From assembly GCA_964658305.1 (NCBI GenBank), contig OZ210885.1, positions 24,738,001-24,802,000 of the forward strand: a stretch of 64,000 nucleotides of DNA, read 5' to 3'. The translations under genes and the position numbers were made by a program. Below are positions 62,113 to 64,000 of the stretch, in pieces. Below the pieces are notes generated by a model. The model had not been told where the DNA came from and searched no databases. It was given only the letters and a program-made list of their open reading frames with translations. How positions within the stretch are numbered: the stretch's first letter is position 1; every line of letters starts with the position of its first letter. Source of the stretch: Leptogorgia sarmentosa. Taxonomy: Eukaryota.

Positions 62113-64000
62113 TATGGAGTTATATCGGGGACAAAATTCATAACATATATTCGAACGTCGCTTTCGGATGTTGTGGCGTTTCATTTGAGTTTTGGCGAAG
62201 CGTTTCACATATTCGAAACACGCGATGTGCATATTCGAAACACGCGAAGTGCATATTCGAAACACGCGAAGTGCATAATTCGCAACGCGTGCTTCACATA
62301 TTCGTGACACGCGCTTACATACAGACGACGCGACATTTGTTTTTTCACCGAGGCTTTCAAATTGTGTCGGCGCGGCCTGCGTTCATTACGAACAGCGGTT
62401 ACCAATTTGTATTTGGGAGTACTCGATTTTGTTGTTAATTTTTAAGGCTTTGCTTTGGAAATTTTAAACCATTTTGTGATAGACTGATAGTCTGATAGTT
62501 CACTTTCCGGATCATGACATCTATGATCAGTGCAGCAACCTCTCCAGAGAATAATTTAAAGCAATACATCACCAGCAGTTTGACAGAGGTTATAAGATTA
62601 CTTGAATCAACAGGAAATGATAGAAGTGAGTTTGAATATGCTGTTTATAAAATGGAACAAATTGTTCATATTGGTGTCCGACCAGTCAAGAGCAAGGAGT
62701 GTGGGGACGGTCTTTTCCAGAGTTGCTGCTGTGTGACCTCATCGATGCACACAAATTGTTGGATTTGGAATCTGCTTCGCTGAATGTAGCACATTCCCCT
62801 ACTGTCTTGAATACTGGATGTGCAGGTCGCCCATCCCTAGACATACCAAAGGAGACAATGAAGTTCTACCTGAATCATGGCTTTTCATTGAGCAAAGTTG
62901 CTGAAATTTTAGGTGTGAGTAGAAAAACAATTAGTAGAAGAATTAAACATTTTGATCTATCAGAAGAAATTCCTCGTTACAGTGACATCTTGAATGAAGA
63001 CCTCGATATAACTGTATCAAATATTTATAAAGATTTCCCTAACTGCGGAATACGTCGGATGAAGGGATTCCTGACATCAAGAGGCATACGTGTTCAATGG
63101 CACAGAGTAAGATCGTCTCTGTGGCGAGTCGATCCAGAAGGTGTCCTATTAAGAACCATGCAATTGAATATAGTTAGTCGCCGGCATTATTCAGTACCAG
63201 GCCCTCTCTCTCTATGGCACCTTGATGGTAACCATAAAATTATTCGATGGGGTTTTGTTATCCACGGTTGTGTTGATGGATATTCCCGAAGGATTATGTT
63301 TCTCAAAGCATGTACCAACAATAAGGCAAGCACAGTTTACAAGTATTTTTTGGATGCTGTTGAAACATTTCGTCTTCCTCACAGGGTTAGAGGGGACCAA
63401 GGTGTTGAAAATGTGGATGTGGCTTGGTACATGTTTTCAAATCCAGCTAGAGGGCCTGGAAAAGGGAGCTTTATTGCAGGAAAAAGCTGCCACAATCAAA
63501 GGATTGAGCGGTTCTGGAGGGATCTGTTTCACGGGTGCACTTTCCTTTTTTATCATGTGTTCTGCTACTTAAAAGAAAATGGGCTACTGGATATAAGTAA
63601 TGCAATTCAATTATTTTGCCTTCACTACATCTTTGTGCCAAGAATCAACAGGCATCTGGAACTTTTTCAACAAGGATATGACAATCATTCCATTAGAACA
63701 GAGTCAAATATGACTCCTGTGCAACTATGGGTACTAGGTCTCAGTTCTTCACATAGTACATACATAATGGACAACTTGGAGTTAACAAGTGTGAATGCTT
63801 ATGGTATTGATTTTGATGGACCTTTGCCATCGGCAGGATATAGCAGAGACACATGGAGGGATAATGCAGTGGAAGTTCCCGAGATTCCTTGCCCATTAAG
63901 TGAAGTGCAGCTTCAGCAGCTTCATTCACAGATAAACCCATTAGGTGAATCATCATGTCATGGGATAGACCTATTTATCAGGACAGTTCAAATTATGCAA
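62113..64000 (+). mobile_element. Second IS3EU element (different family), running off the window
   Basis: Starts TATGG exactly where the minus-strand partner-gene frame is cut. It has ~22-bp subterminal repeats (CATATTCGAAACACGCGAAGTG, ~62205-62320) and an IS3EU transposase downstream. Confidence 0.8.
62514..64000 (+). pseudogene. IS3EU transposase 2 (N-terminal frameshift; core frame open to window end)
   Basis: Manual translation from ~62720 gives AGRPSLDIP, LWHLDGNHKIIRW, GCVDGYSR, RVRGDQGVENV, GKSCHNQRIERFWRD. It is absent from the ORF track, apparently because no stop is reached. Confidence 0.88.

Overview
Eukaryotic, AT-rich, intron-containing DNA. An invertebrate, probably a cnidarian, is inferred from the TE families only. 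The window is almost entirely nested transposable elements with no recognisable host gene. It holds three BEL/Pao LTR retrotransposons, two with matching 5-bp TSDs. A Sola3-like transposase gene is cut into four pieces by three insertions. Other elements: a TTAA Kolobok-like element, two inverted copies of a CACTG element, Tc1/mariner and Harbinger MITEs, a piggyBac carrying a P element, two IS3EU elements (one with a HECT-domain second gene), a hAT fragment, a divergent multi-exon hAT-like transposase, a PIF1-like helicase, and an unusual THAP-less P-like transposase with a convergent partner gene. An unclassified repeat ('X') with a GC-rich hairpin core and a degenerate TTAGGG array occurs in several pieces. 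The most striking observation is that one X copy shows dense strand-specific C-to-T hypermutation relative to the other, resembling AID/APOBEC-type ssDNA deamination. Coordinates and counts were obtained by eye and should be confirmed by alignment.
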